Shown: positions 43,947 to 56,759 of the stretch, in pieces
Position numbering within the stretch: position 1 is the first letter of the stretch
How the letters are laid out: every line of letters starts with the position of its first letter
From: Eledone cirrhosa
Lineage: Eukaryota
Reading direction: 5' to 3'
Assembly: GCA_964016885.1 (NCBI GenBank)
Contig: CAXHJY010000150.1
Coordinates: 1 to 57,481, forward strand
DNA length: 57,481 nucleotides
Made by a program: the position numbers and the translations under genes
Notes under the pieces: model-generated
Told to the model about the DNA's origin: nothing
What the model saw: only the letters and a program-made list of their open reading frames with translations
The model's database searches: none

Positions 43947-45780
43947 TAAATATGATCAGCCATGCTGTAGGGCAGTATGTTTTCAAACAAAGCTTATGAG
44001 TGAGGGATAGTGATACACGCCTTCATCTTGTGCAACCCTACACCGATTGAACACTGGTGATGTTGCTTCGCTTTTCTATTGGCAACTATATTAATGAGAA
44101 ACTGTTCAGCACAGTCACAGACCACTTTCTTTCCCCCTCCTTGCTAGCTAATCATCCCTTTGGCAGTTATTTCAAAATAACACATTCAACTAACCTGTGT
44201 ACAATTTATACATAGCATTTAGGTATGTTATGAGTTTGTAGGTTTTGGTCATATGTGTTTCCTTATTCCTGTGTATTTTCTGGGCAATTGCCAACCAGAC
44301 TGCTACATCAAGTTCAACACATGTTGCAATGTAATATGTCAATCAGAACTACCCTATAAAACGTAAACTCATCATATCAAAAACCAACTAACAAGTCTGC
44401 CTCAGGTGATTTTTAATTCTGTAATTTTGCATCAACCGTCTGGGGAGTTCTACTGGTGATCTTATGCTTTGAGAAAGTCGTTTGCACATTATTAATGCCG
44501 TAGCTCGTTTAGCCATACTACTGCATCGAAGTTTTATTGATTACTTAAATTCACGCCCTAGTCAGATTGATTAGTTTCTCGTAATTAGTCAATGCACGTA
44601 AACTCATGTTTGAAACGAAGCAGACACTTTACTTGAAGTCACTTGCTGAAAGTAAGGTGTAGCTGGATCGACAAAATAGGGATCGCACCACGAAGCACGT
44701 GGTTGCAAAGCTAACGTTTAACTACACAGTTGTCTGATATATATGCAGTATGTATTGAATTTACTTTTGTAACTATCTTAGATAATACAGGAACGTATTA
44801 TTCATGTACAAATGAGAAAAGCTTGTTTACATCAGTACTTCAGTTGTGTATCTTTAGCTTTAATACAATAATTATCATTTATATTCTAAGAGCTTATATT
44901 TATAAGATAAAGGTCCACATCAGTTATGATAGATGCAAGTCTTCACTCCAGTAAAAGAATATCGTTTTAGAGAACCATTCGAACATAAATAAATTGATAT
45001 TAAAGTACCCCTAGATCATATATAAAACTCTAATCATAATTCTAACAATTTATTTATCAATCATTACACACAATATTCTAAAATATTTGAAAATTCAAAC
45101 TCGAATCGAATATAAAAGGAGTAATTCTTGGAATCAAAATGTTATTTGATTGTACAGATCTGTGTTTTTCAAACATATTTTATCTTGAAACCCTTCTAAA
45201 ATTTTCTAATAATCCAGAAACTTAGTCCTGCGTTGTATGAACAATTCACACCTTAATTTCAATACAACATTAAATAGAACAAAAGAGAGAATTTTACTCA
45301 TATAAGAAAATGAAAACAATAAATATCTTCATTTAAATATCTTATTTAAAGCTACCTTATCACTGGAAACCTCAGATATTTATCAGAACCTAGTTTAAGA
45401 AATATTGGTATAGATCTATTGTTATTAGGCAGTTGATACTTTTACAATTAGGAAATTCATAACTTTATGCTTAGTTTGATATATGAATTTAGTTTATCTT
45501 ATATAAAAGTACGAGGTGGCGAACTGGCAGAGTTGTTAAAATATCGGTATTAGTTCTGCTCTCCAAACTTTGAGGACAAATTTGCCTTTCAGCATTTTGA
45601 GGTCTTTAAAAATGTGCTGGTCAAATATTGAGGTTGATTCTTCCTCTATATCTCTTTCACACTTCCACTCTCTCCCTCTTCATTCTTATCTGGAGGAAAT
45701 TGTTATGTTGTGACCTGAAGTGGAATGTGTCTCGTCAAGATTCTATCGGGAGTTATGCATACATACATACATACATACAT

Positions 45781-46134
45781 GATGGCTGTCCCCTCTTTAT
45801 CGAGTATGGCTATTGCACGATATAACATTAATAATAATTATTAATTAATGCTACCGTGCAATGCCTGTGCGTGAAGATTTTCTTAAAAGTGACGAAAGAC
45901 TGTGCATTGAGCAATCCTACTTTCTGAGCAACAGTAGCTATAACTCGAAAAAAAGAAAAGATCAACATCATCGGTAACTAGTGAGTGGCAGGTATCCCAG
46001 TTTGTCGGAGTTATCCCAGTTTCCTGAGTTGCCTTCCCCTAGAAGAATGCCCTGGCAAAGGCTAGGGGTCCTTCACTCGCAGTGGATTAACCCCGCGATC
46101 GGGTGTCCAGCCCGATTATTTCTATGGCTCCGCT
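45781..46134 (-). mobile_element. RTE-derived non-autonomous element family B (relative of A without the zinc finger)
   Basis: Minus strand shares GACCCCTAGCCTTTG, CTAGGGGAAGGCAACTC, GATGTTGA and CACAGGCATTGC blocks with family A; 3' stem-loop GCCATACTCGATAAAGAGGGGACAGCCATC; (CATA)n on both sides. Confidence 0.75.
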
Positions 46135-46652
46135 CATACATACATACATACATACATACTACATACATATAAAAGTACTGTTTCGATTTAATGATAGTTT
46201 GCACTACGTAGTTTATCTATAGATTTAGCTAACTCTATGTCATAAACAAATGTGAAAACTGTCTCGCTACATACTATATCCTAAAAGTAAAGGTTCTCGA
46301 CGAGGATGACCCCAGGGGTGCGTTTCGAGCTTCAGAGGGGCGGGCGTTAGGGGGTCGTTTGAAGCTTTGAGGGGCGTTAGGGGGGGGGGGGGCACTGGAA
46401 GGGTATTTACTTAGGTAAGTTTTATAAGCCATATTTGTACATCTCTGAGACAGCCAGTGTGAATGCATTAATGAAGAAAACGAAGAAAATAAATAAAAGA
46501 AGCTTGTCAACGAATTCCCTTGGGAGATAAGAGAAAAACGAAAGAAATCAAAGAAAAGGAAAATAAGGACAACTTCAACTTTGACAACAGTTACAAGAAC
46601 AACAGAAACGACGAGAAAAAGAAGCAATCATACACACACATGCATACGTACA

Positions 46653-47229
46653 TGGTGGCTGCCAACTCGTTTTCGAGTACGGCCACTACTTTATATCCAT
46701 GTAGGAGAACCCCTACCGATGCGCTGAACGAGTGTGACTTTTTAGTCCAGCCAGCGACTTGAAAACTCTGGTACAAACACTACACTTGTGACAATTACTG
46801 ACACATAGTGCTGGACCCATGGTTCCATGTGATGACAAGTGCAGAGAGATCTCCAGATATAAAGCAATGCCTGTGCCGTGAAGCTTTTATAGTGAGCAAA
46901 GGCACTGCACAAAGTCAGTCCCACTCTCTTAACCAAGATGAAATTTACCAAAAAAAAGAACAAGTCAACATCATTGGATACCATCAGGGTTGCAGGTGCT
47001 ATATCAGAGTTTTCCTTCTCCTAGAATTCTGCCTTGACAAAGGCTAAGGGGTCATCTCTCCCGGTGATTTTGGATGGCCATTGACTCTTAAGAGCTACTT
47101 TGCCCTTTGACAGGTTTCGTTTTTAGTCCTGCAGGATGTCCAAAGTCACCCTCCTCCCCAAGAAACCTTGGTGGGGTTGCCAGTTTAGTCGCCAACGACC
47201 CGACCATGAGACAGGTTGTACTGGGATAC
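46653..47229 (-). mobile_element. RTE-derived element family A, nearly full length
   Basis: Reverse complement of 16345-16953 lacking about the first 30 nt; CA/CATA/TA flanks. Confidence 0.88.
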
Positions 47230-47230
47230 G

Positions 47231-47279
<49 letters not shown>

Positions 47280-47513
47280 GCAGGCCGGTGTTGTTGTTTG
47301 ATCAGGTTGAGAATTTGGTCAGCTTTTACCCAGAGCTGTGGTATTTAATCTCCCTAGGTAATAAAATCTAGAGTCAAAATTCTCTCCTTACCAAAAAACA
47401 TCACTCATGTCAACATCCTTACACACTTAAATATAAATGCATGTATATATATACAAATGTATAAATGCATAGCTATATACATAGGTAAATGTATGTATGT
47501 GTGTATGTAGATT

Positions 47514-47566
<53 letters not shown>

Positions 47567-47839
47567 CACACACACAGACACACGCATATATATATATTTT
47601 CTTTTTTCAGTCTGGTCTGCCTCTGGATAGAACTGAATGTAATCTTGTAAAATCCATAGAGAAGTTCTGTGTTTCGCTGAATTAATTCTTTAGATACAGA
47701 GTCAGGTATTAGGTATTAAATTAACAATAAAAATAAAAACAACAAAATAAAAACAAAGTTATAAAGTAACTTGACTTTTTTTTTTTATTTTCACTGATAA
47801 TTTGATAACACACACACACACACACTTACACCCCCCCCC

Positions 47840-47877
<38 letters not shown>

Positions 47878-47881
<4 letters not shown>

Positions 47882-48147
47882 AAAGTTCTATTTAAATTGT
47901 TGGGATACAACAAGTAAATATTTTTATAACTGATATAAAGCACTCGACAAGTATTTGGAGTAGATATACGATATTAACAAATGGAAACTATATTTATAAA
48001 ACCATATTTATTTCATTATACATATTTCAAGGATACCAAGTTAAATTATGGTATGCCTTCATCAGACAAAATACAATATATACCAGTTTTATAAATAGAC
48101 ATTGACGTACCCTTTTAAAATGCGACCGTTACTTTTGGAAGACATCA

Positions 48148-48150
<3 letters not shown>
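47878..48150 (-). mobile_element. Hammerhead-bearing pLTR-like element, same family as 23990-24222
   Basis: Colinear homology, same TGCA-(TA)n 3' end, TA tracts on both sides. Confidence 0.75.
48009..48073 (-). ncRNA. Type-I hammerhead ribozyme
   Basis: Minus strand TATTTTGT-CTGATGA-AGGCATACCA...TGGTATCCTT-GAAA-TATGTA-TA-ATGAAATA; stems retained through G-U pairs. Confidence 0.78.
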
Positions 48151-48202
<52 letters not shown>

Positions 48203-48367
48203 GTTGTTATTTGACGTTGTTGAAAAGAGCAGTGGCCTTTGACCCGGCAATAAAAACTGGAGACAAAATTCTTTCTGTACCCAAAACAAGGCACACACAA
48301 ACACACACACAAGTGTGTGTGTGTGTGAGCGCGTGCGTATGTGTGTGTGTGTATGTGTGTATCTATC

Positions 48368-48408
<41 letters not shown>

Positions 48409-48539
48409 GATACAGATATTTTTTGCTCACTGTCACAAACATCTCAATTTATTCGTTGCAACTAAGTTTGTGATCGAGGCAAAGTACTATTTTTCCCTTG
48501 AGTTTGTGATTCAAGAGAAAGGTAAGAAATTCTTCATAT

Positions 48540-48926
48540 TTTGCATCTTTTGTATTTTGACTTTACAGTTTGAATTGTAGCATTGTCTATCCACTCAAAA
48601 TATTACAACAGCTAAATATAGAATTAAAAAAAAAAAATGCTTTTCGACTGAGATCAAATCTTTGAGAAAATTCACGTCCATTTTTCAAACATTTGAAATA
48701 GCTTGCTTTTGTTTTGGACTGAAACTTTTTTGTATTTAATTCGTACGAGTATTTTTTAAAGATCTCTTTAAAGATTCTAACATAACTTGATTCGTCCCAG
48801 TAATCTACTGATATTAAAATCAGTAGTATACTGAAAAATGGAAAAATAGGATAGGGGGTAGGGGGTCGTTTTGTGATTTTGAGGGGCAAAAGAGGGCGTT
48901 TGGCCGAAATGGGTTGAGAACCTTTG
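48540..48926 (-). mobile_element. Possible hAT (Charlie/Buster-like) terminal remnant
   Basis: Minus strand begins CAAAGGTTCTCAACC (CAGTGGTTCTCAAC-like TIR); a similar end at about 46288-46400; inner boundary approximate. Confidence 0.4.
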
Positions 48927-49619
48927 TCCTAAATGAAAGAAAGAGGGATCTTTCAGGTTACTCCAGCTGGTGCCTAACGTTCTGTCCACAACGATATTGT
49001 GTATAAAGACAAAGTAGTAACATCTGTCTATTATAAACCATGTTGGGTAAAATCTGTAGATATTCTCTGTAGTATAGAATGGAATAGTTTGATGTATCAA
49101 CTAGAATCCAGAAGAAATATATCACCATAAAAATGAATTATTTTGAGTCGACGTATCCAGAAATATCTCTTCTGGTATTCATTTTGAAATAAACTGATCT
49201 CATATATAATTAATTCTATTTGAAAGCTACTTAATCATACACACACATACCTCACACAGACACAAACACACACATACACACATACACACATACACAAACA
49301 TACACACAGACACACAAACACACACACACAGACACACATACACACACATACATACACACACACACACACAAAAATACACACACACAGAGATACAGACACA
49401 CACAATTTTTTCGTTGATTTTGCTCATTTTTTATTCTCTATTTACATTATAATCGTCAGAAACTGATTTTTTTCTTACACACACGAGGTTTTAATAAATA
49501 GAACCTTATTTGTTTGCAATTAGTCTCCTTCAATGGTGTTATAAATAGGAGAATTGCATTATTATACATTTAGATTATAAATTTACAAATTCAACATGCT
49601 AAATAAAATCAACTGTTTT

Positions 49620-50400
49620 TTGAATATGTATAAAGATATATCAAATTCAGTGTCATAACATTAGATCAGACAAATTAGTCGATACTCATTATATCCGCTC
49701 CGTATATATTTCAATCGTTCGCATGTAGGGGATGCATTGTGACAGATATGTAAATCATTGTATAACGGCGTATCTATAGTAAATGGATCGACATTTTTGA
49801 CTCTTTACAAAGATTAATGACAACTTTGCTTTTCCAATGAAATATCAATGTAAGCAAAAAGTTCATACATAAGCGATATATTCGCCAACGAAATACAAAC
49901 AAACTTTAAGCAGTCTAAATCTCCTTTACTGACATCCATCCAATTCAATTCTGTAGCGCTGGAAAAAATTAATGAAATCGAAGAAAATAAATACACTTGA
50001 AGGCTATCAGTGTAGGTTTGACGAAACATCTGTAAATATTGATTGCTGAATTTTCGACAGCTTTTGACAAAATCGATTTACTTGCTCTACTTCATACACT
50101 TAACCAAGTTTACATTCGTTAGCCTAGCTACAGGGTTCCGTTCAACGACATATCCTTCTTCCCTTTCCATCGCCATCTCTTAATTACTTTTCAGTTGAAT
50201 ATATTGTTTTTTTTTCGACTAAACACGTTCAGGTGTTTGACTGGCCCACATTCTATCTTGTTCCACCTTCCATCTAATGAGATTTTTGAAGTGAAAACAA
50301 TTCTCAAATAATCGAAATGTTTTTAATTAGCTGTCGAACTTTCCAGATCCAAAGCACTCGAATAATATTTTTCTTTTCTTTTCTTAAAGGGAACCTAACA
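49620..50400 (-). pseudogene. Degraded hAT transposase C-terminal region
   Basis: Minus strand around 49662-49750 gives ISVT / NASPTCERLKYIRS..EYRLICL, similar to the hAT dimerisation motif (PVT.AS.ERSFS.LK.I..RL); frameshifted; extent approximate. Confidence 0.4.
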
Positions 50401-50719
50401 CTCCCCAAATCAACATTATTCCTCTTTGTATGTTCATGGGAAACCCACCATTTTTGTCTCACTCACCAAAAACGTCAGAAATTATTTTTTATATGATTAT
50501 ATAATTGAAAATTAATCTATATCGACTTCAGCACACACTTCAGACTAATATGCAAAAAGAGAGAGAATTCCTATTAATCTATATACGTCTTTTAAAACTA
50601 CATACAGTCAATTTTATTGAAGTTGTTACTATCCCCACCTTGAACTAGTTTAATGTGAATCAGAATGTAGATTGAATTCAATTTTTATAAGTATTATTAT
50701 CATTATTAGAGAGTTTTGA

Positions 50720-50943
50720 GGGCGGTGGATTGGCAATATCGGTAGAGGGTCGGACGCCTTGCTTTGCAGCATAGAGTTACGGCCATTTATGATCTGAGTT
50801 CAAATCCCGCCGCGGTTAACTTTGCCTTTCGTCCTTACGGGGTCGATAAAATAAAGTACCAGTGACGCACTGGGGTCGATTTAATCGACTCCCCCCTCCT
50901 ACCAAAATTTCTGGCCTTGTGCCTATATAAGAAATTATTATTA
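50720..50943 (+). mobile_element. SINE S1 long form with target-site duplication
   Basis: ATTATTAGAGAGTT at 50702-50715 and again overlapping the tail to 50950. Confidence 0.9.
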
Positions 50944-51117
50944 GAGAGTTATCCATTATATGATAAGTATATCTTGGTGCTTCCATTTGTCACTGTAGGT
51001 AACAGTAGGTAAATAAATAATGTATGTGTTAATAAAAATAAATGACATCACTACAACCGGAACATTACAGATATACGACAAATACATATATGTACAAAAA
51101 CAGTATAGAACCAACCG

Positions 51118-51190
51118 ATACTGCATGAACGAGCATATCTGAATACTGCATGAATGAGCATATATGAATACTGCATGAATGAGCATATAT
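51118..51190 (+). repeat. 25-bp tandem repeat, about 3 units
   Basis: ATACTGCATGAAYGAGCATATMTGA. Confidence 0.9.
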
Positions 51191-51638
51191 AGACATTATG
51201 TAAACATATTTAAAATATACTACATACATAGTATCGAAAGAAAGCCGCAATTTGAAGAAAAGGAAAGAAGAGAAATTGATGTAAAGTATATATACTTTGA
51301 TGCGATGAATTTGTTTTGCAAAGTTTTTGATATGAAATCGTGTGTTGAAACAAATATTGCTTTTATTTGGGAAGGGTCATGTTGTTATAATATTGCGCTG
51401 GAGTCGATATAGTTTATTCTATTAGTCAGAAAGGAAGAAGTGCGAACAGAAAAAAAATATAAACCTCGTACAAACGCAGACAACAATTATATTTATGCAT
51501 GTATATGTGTATGCATATGTATATGCATGTGTGCATACCTTCAATTAAGCCCTTTTACCTCGTCATCTCTCTCGGTTTGCTCCCTGTACATTATGTATAC
51601 ACCTCGTTCACTCCCCATGTTAATCCACTCTCTCTCTC

Positions 51639-51686
<48 letters not shown>

Positions 51687-51691
<5 letters not shown>

Positions 51692-51782
51692 AGATTCAGA
51701 ACCCACCCCGGCGGCTGAGCTCTAGCCGTTTCGAGAACTAGATCCGAACTATGGTCCCCCTGGATTTTTTTACCACACCTTA

Positions 51783-51844
<62 letters not shown>

Positions 51845-51985
51845 TAAGGTGTGGTAAAAAAATCCAGGGGGACCATAGTTCGATATATATCAGATAAGGT
51901 GTGGTAAAAAAATCCAGGGGGACCATAGTTCGGATCTAGTTCTCGAAACGGCTAGAGCTCAGCCGCCGGGGTGGGTTCTGAATCT

Positions 51986-51990
<5 letters not shown>
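51687..51990. mobile_element. Perfect fold-back element around (TA)n with an extra partial arm
   Basis: 51687-51787 is the exact reverse complement of about 51890-51990; 51840-51882 repeats part of the right arm; arm carries the hammerhead 3' half GAAACGGCTAGAGCTCAGCCGCC-GGGGT. Confidence 0.85.
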
Positions 51991-52027
<37 letters not shown>

Positions 52028-52029
<2 letters not shown>

Positions 52030-52185
52030 CGAAGGAAATGTGGTAAGGAACCAGGTGGACCATAACGCACCAAAGTACTCAATACTTAGGGTAGTAGAGT
52101 GGGTAATAGGAACCAGTAAGACCCCGACGGCTGAGCTCAAGCCGTTTAGAAACGGCTTGAGCTCAGCCGTCGTGGTCTTACTGGT

Positions 52186-52190
<5 letters not shown>
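52028..52190 (-). mobile_element. pLTR-like 3' end with terminal fold-back hairpin (about 52107-52190)
   Basis: Homologous to 37960-38081; hairpin centred on GTTTAGAAAC; TA tracts on both sides. Confidence 0.75.
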
Positions 52191-52224
<34 letters not shown>

Positions 52225-52649
52225 TAAAAAAATAATGAATAAAACAATGAAACAGTTCCTTATATTAAACAAAAAAAGTTCATTATTTAACGATCGTTTC
52301 TAGGATATATATGTGTTAGAATTGGCATGCATATTCAACAGATCTATGTACAAAATTATACAAAATTATACAAACTATCAAGATTAAATATACATACCAA
52401 ACACACATATATGCCGTCTTCAGAAATAATGAAATATATTTATTGATAATAACAACAATTCAAAATTTCAGGTCCGTTTGGGAACGGAGTTCAAATTGAC
52501 CAATGAAAATACAAAAAATTTTATGCAGTTTGGTGTGTGTATATACATGTAATTAACTTCATACACATATTTATACAAAGATATATGCTCACATGCATTG
52601 AGTTCTTCATACGGATTGGACACTACCGTAAACTCTTGGTAGATTTATC

Positions 52650-52719
<70 letters not shown>

Positions 52720-53068
52720 ACTTTTTATATGTTGTGAAACGTGACCAAACAACATACCCGGTATTATATATCAGTTATGGCATGAGTGAATACGCTGGAT
52801 TAACTTGACCAAAAGAAATTAAATCAATACCAGTATATTACTGTATATAATACTAACCTCGCAAAACATACGCATCAAATGAACCGAAATACATTTTTAA
52901 CTCACTCTATTATATTTCCTATAATAGTAAGTTAGTTGCCGACGGACTGGTGTTTGTTTACACATGCTATATACAACAGAAGACTCGGAACCTTTTCGTT
53001 AATACAATAAAAATATTTTTTTCCTACCAGACTATGACTAAAACATTTTTGCCTGCATTATTACTAAA

Positions 53069-53460
53069 GGGCGGTGGATTGTCAGAATTGGTAGAGGGTT
53101 GGACATGCTTTCCAGCATAGTTACGTCCCTGTACAGTCTTAGTTCAAATCCCGCCAAGGTTAACTTTGCCTTTCATCCTTACGAGGTCGATAAAATAAAG
53201 TACCAGTAATGTACTGGGTAATTGCTGGTCTTGTGCCGAAAGTAGAAACAATTATTACTAAAGGGCGGTGAATTGGCAGTATCGGTAGAGGGTTGGACGC
53301 CATGCTTTCTAGCATAGTTACGTCCCTTTACAGTCTGAGTTCAAATCCCGCCGAGGTTAACTTTGCCTTTCATCCTTACGGGGTCGATAAAATAAAGTAC
53401 CAGTAATGCACTGGGATAATTGCTGGCCTTGTGCCTAAAGTAGAAACAATTATTACTAAA
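53069..53460 (+). mobile_element. Head-to-tail dimer of SINE S1 short form
   Basis: Units start at 53069 and 53263; ATTATTACTAAAGG occurs before, between and after. Confidence 0.92.
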
Positions 53461-53678
53461 GGAAGTTGAAAGAATCTTTGGAGTGTCAGACTGAATGACT
53501 TACATCAGTATCTAATAACGTTTCTTCACGATCTGGGGTCAAAATGTTTTTAACCCTCACCCCACAACGTCGATGACATAAATATCACTTCCATATTGTT
53601 ATCTATCCAATCTCTTTCTTGCAAATTTATGGCTTTACTCCAATATAAAACAACAACTCATCATTGATATTATTATTA

Positions 53679-53860
53679 TGGCAGTATCGGTAGAGGGTCG
53701 GACGCCATGCTTTCCAGCATAGAGTTACGCCACTTTATGGACTGAGTTCAAATCCCTCCGAGATTAACTTTGCCTTTCATCCTTATGAGATCGATAAATA
53801 AAGTACTAGTAATGTACTGGGTAATTGCTGGCCTTGTGCCAAACGTAGAAACAATTATTA
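53679..53860 (+). mobile_element. SINE S1 short form in an ATT repeat
   Basis: Homology to other S1 copies. Confidence 0.88.
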
Positions 53861-54405
53861 GTAGTATTGTCATGTCAGTCTAAATATTCACTTGTGCCAC
53901 ATTCGTGGCAATAACATCTATTATTTCCTTTTTACACCTTCCTCGTGTGTTTCAACATAATATAACTATCATTAAATTTTCTTTTTATAAATGTGATAAC
54001 ATACGTATAGTTTAAATTGTTGGGTAAAAAGTTATTATATTTTTTATGATACAAACTCAAATAAGGTGTATTATCAGCTTCAATCAGCTACGTACTACAA
54101 ACGAAAGAAAGACATTGAGCCTTTTAAAGAACTAGAAGAAGTAGTAAGTAGAGTATTATAAAGTATAGTGAGCTGCGAAATAATACTGAGTGCATATGTG
54201 AAGCTAAAGACAGATTATAGGTTAACAATAAGCACGGAATATTAAGTGTTGTTGGATGTTATTAGATGTGGTTTCAGATCGTAGAATAATGTATTTATGC
54301 TCTCTTCCATGGCTCATTAGATATTTAACTGGAAATATGCTGAAAAGCAACACTTCTGTTTTGAAATAGTCCTACACTATTTTTAGATTTGAAGGAATGA
54401 GTCTG

Positions 54406-54535
54406 TTCTTCTTCTTCTTCTTCTTCTTCTTCTTCTTCTTCTTCTTCTTCTTCTTCTTCTTCTTCTTCTTCTTCTTCTTCTTCTTCTTCTTCTTCTTCTT
54501 CTTCTTCTTCTTCTTCTTCTTCTTCTTCTTCTTCT
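54406..54535. repeat. (CTT)n trinucleotide tract
   Basis: Direct reading, about 43 units. Confidence 0.98.
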
Positions 54536-54620
54536 CGGGAGGGTCATGAGAGTAGAGTCCTCAAAGATGCCTTCCAGCGGCTCCTGGCAGACGCATTCGT
54601 CTCCTTCTTCTCCTCGAGGA
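54536..54620 (-). mobile_element. Probable LINE 3' end whose (GAA)n tail is the adjacent tract
   Basis: Minus strand LEEKKETNASARSRWKASLRTLLS-stop resembles the A..R..W end of RTE-group ORFs. Confidence 0.45.
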
Positions 54621-55362
54621 ATATTCTATGAGATCAGAACATCCATAATTTGCAGTTGTAAATATACAATATTGCCTGAGTTGACCAAATAACTGATTAC
54701 ATGGGAAGATGAAATACCACCAACAACACTGAGAATATAGTTTTGTTATGTAATGGTTAATGACAACTTTCTGGACACCTTATGTCAAAGTAACAGTGAT
54801 ATTCAAGAACAAGTCCAGGAAGTGGATGAAGCACAGTACTCAGAACACGAAAGACAATTTTGTCCGTGCCAGAGACTGTACCAATGATGTGGTCTGTGTG
54901 GTACCTACAGATAGGCACCTACATAAGCATGTCTTGGCCCTTACCACGAATAAGATGTTGGTCTAAGGGTCATTCCTTCTCTCGCCCTTGAACTGTTTGC
55001 TAATGTCGTTCCTATTTTTCATTGTATACCAATCGCTGGAGTTATATACGTATATGAAAACAAAAAGACTTATGTATGAGTTAAATTCCTTACAAATTGA
55101 CTGTATCTCCCATCATGTGTCCTGTTACAAGAACAGACGTATGAAGTCGCAAACTAAATTACTATTTATTTATTTACGAGGTGTAATACACCCGTAAAGA
55201 GAATTTATTCATAAAATAAAATAAATAAAAGAGTATAAAAATCACAAACGCATAACAAATCAAATATTGATGAAATAGAAGAAGAAATGAATATTGTTTG
55301 CTAGCAACAGTTAACTCTATATATTGTCTACAAATAAAAGGTTAATGAATCTTGAATTAATA

Positions 55363-55958
55363 TAATTGTTTCTACTTTAGGCACAAGACCTTTAATTACC
55401 CCAGTACATTACTGGTACATGTTTTTGAAAATATTGTTTTGACAATTTACTTGAAAATTTTTAAATTTTTTCTTTTACATGTATTCGTGAGTGAATAATA
55501 ATGGTTTCTTATATAGGCACAAGGCCAGTAATTTTTGGGGAGGAGAAAGTCAATTAAATCGACCCCAGTGCGTGACTGGTATTTTATTTTATCAACCCCG
55601 TAAGGAGGAAAAGCGAAGTTAACCTCGGCGGGATTTGCACTCAGATCATAAAGGGCCGTAATTCTATGCTGCAAAGCATGGTGTCCGACCCTCTGCTGAT
55701 ACTGCCAATCCACCACCAGTGAATAGTAATAATTGTTTCTACTTTTGGCACAAAGCCACAGTGGATAGTAATAATAATTGTTTCTACTTTTGGCACAAGG
55801 CCAACAATTATCCCAGTTCATTACTGGTACTTTATTTTATCGAACCCATAAGGATGAAAGGCAAAGTTAACCTCGACGGGATTTGAACTCAGGCCGTAAA
55901 GGGGCGTAACACTATGCTGCAAAGTATAGCGTCCGACCCTCTACTGATACCGCCAATC
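55363..55958 (-). mobile_element. Cluster of SINE S1 copies and fragments (55363-55418, 55494-55717, 55728-55758, 55770-55958)
   Basis: Reverse-complement homology to S1. Confidence 0.88.
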
Positions 55959-55997
55959 TTACGGAAGTGAAAGAGGTATGGCATAAATTTATTAATA

Positions 55998-56158
55998 GGC
56001 GGTGTATTTTCAGAATTGTTTGAGCGATAGACATTATGCTTTGTGGAATTTGTTCCGGTTCATTATGGTCTCAGTTAAAATCCCTCCGAGATGAATCTTG
56101 CCTATCATCATTCTGGGATGAATAAGATAAAGTACCAGTAAGATACTGAGGTCGATTT
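55998..56158 (+). mobile_element. SINE S1, diverged
   Basis: GGCGGTG head, AAATCCCTCCGAG, ATAAAGTACCAG. Confidence 0.65.
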
Positions 56159-56385
56159 GTGTCAACAGCAAGATCTAAATTCTTCTCCTAACGCGGAGCT
56201 CTGACGGCAGGTGAGGTAGCACTCGAGCTGGATTTCACTGCCGATATTTATCTGAAAAACTCTATATTACTTCCAGAAAATCACACCCCAACACACACAC
56301 ACACACACGCGCGCGTCCTACAATATGTATATTCTCGCTAAAAGATAACCCCATAAAAAGGGCTAACTCTAATATATATATACAT

Positions 56386-56434
<49 letters not shown>

Positions 56435-56580
56435 TAAACGGAATAGAAAATGCTGACAAATTGTTCACAGTGAAAAATAGTTTAATTAGGAATAAGTGAG
56501 AATTAGTAATAGTATTGGTTAGTATTCAGTTTTGGTTTTTATTTTCACCGGTTGCGCATTTCTAATGCTTTTCAAAAATA

Positions 56581-56650
56581 ATTTTGAGATAGAGCGTCCG
56601 TGATGTTTGCTCTGATCAGAGCAAACATCACGGACGCTCTATCTCAAAAT
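56581..56650. repeat. Perfect 70-bp palindrome with no loop
   Basis: ATTTTGAGATAGAGCGTCCGTGATGTTTGCTCTGA|TCAGAGCAAACATCACGGACGCTCTATCTCAAAAT. Confidence 0.97.
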
Positions 56651-56759
56651 GAAACAGTTCTAGTCCTGTAGAATCTCATCTATATTAAAACTTTTATACT
56701 CTGCAATGTATTGAGTACCTTACTTACTGTGGTTACCTCCGATTCAACCCGGAATAACG
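56651..56759 (+). mobile_element. pLTR-like 3' end starting at a hammerhead 3' half
   Basis: GAAAC-AGTTCTAGTCCTG-TA-GAA, related to 39243-39282; ends at (TA)n. Confidence 0.55.
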
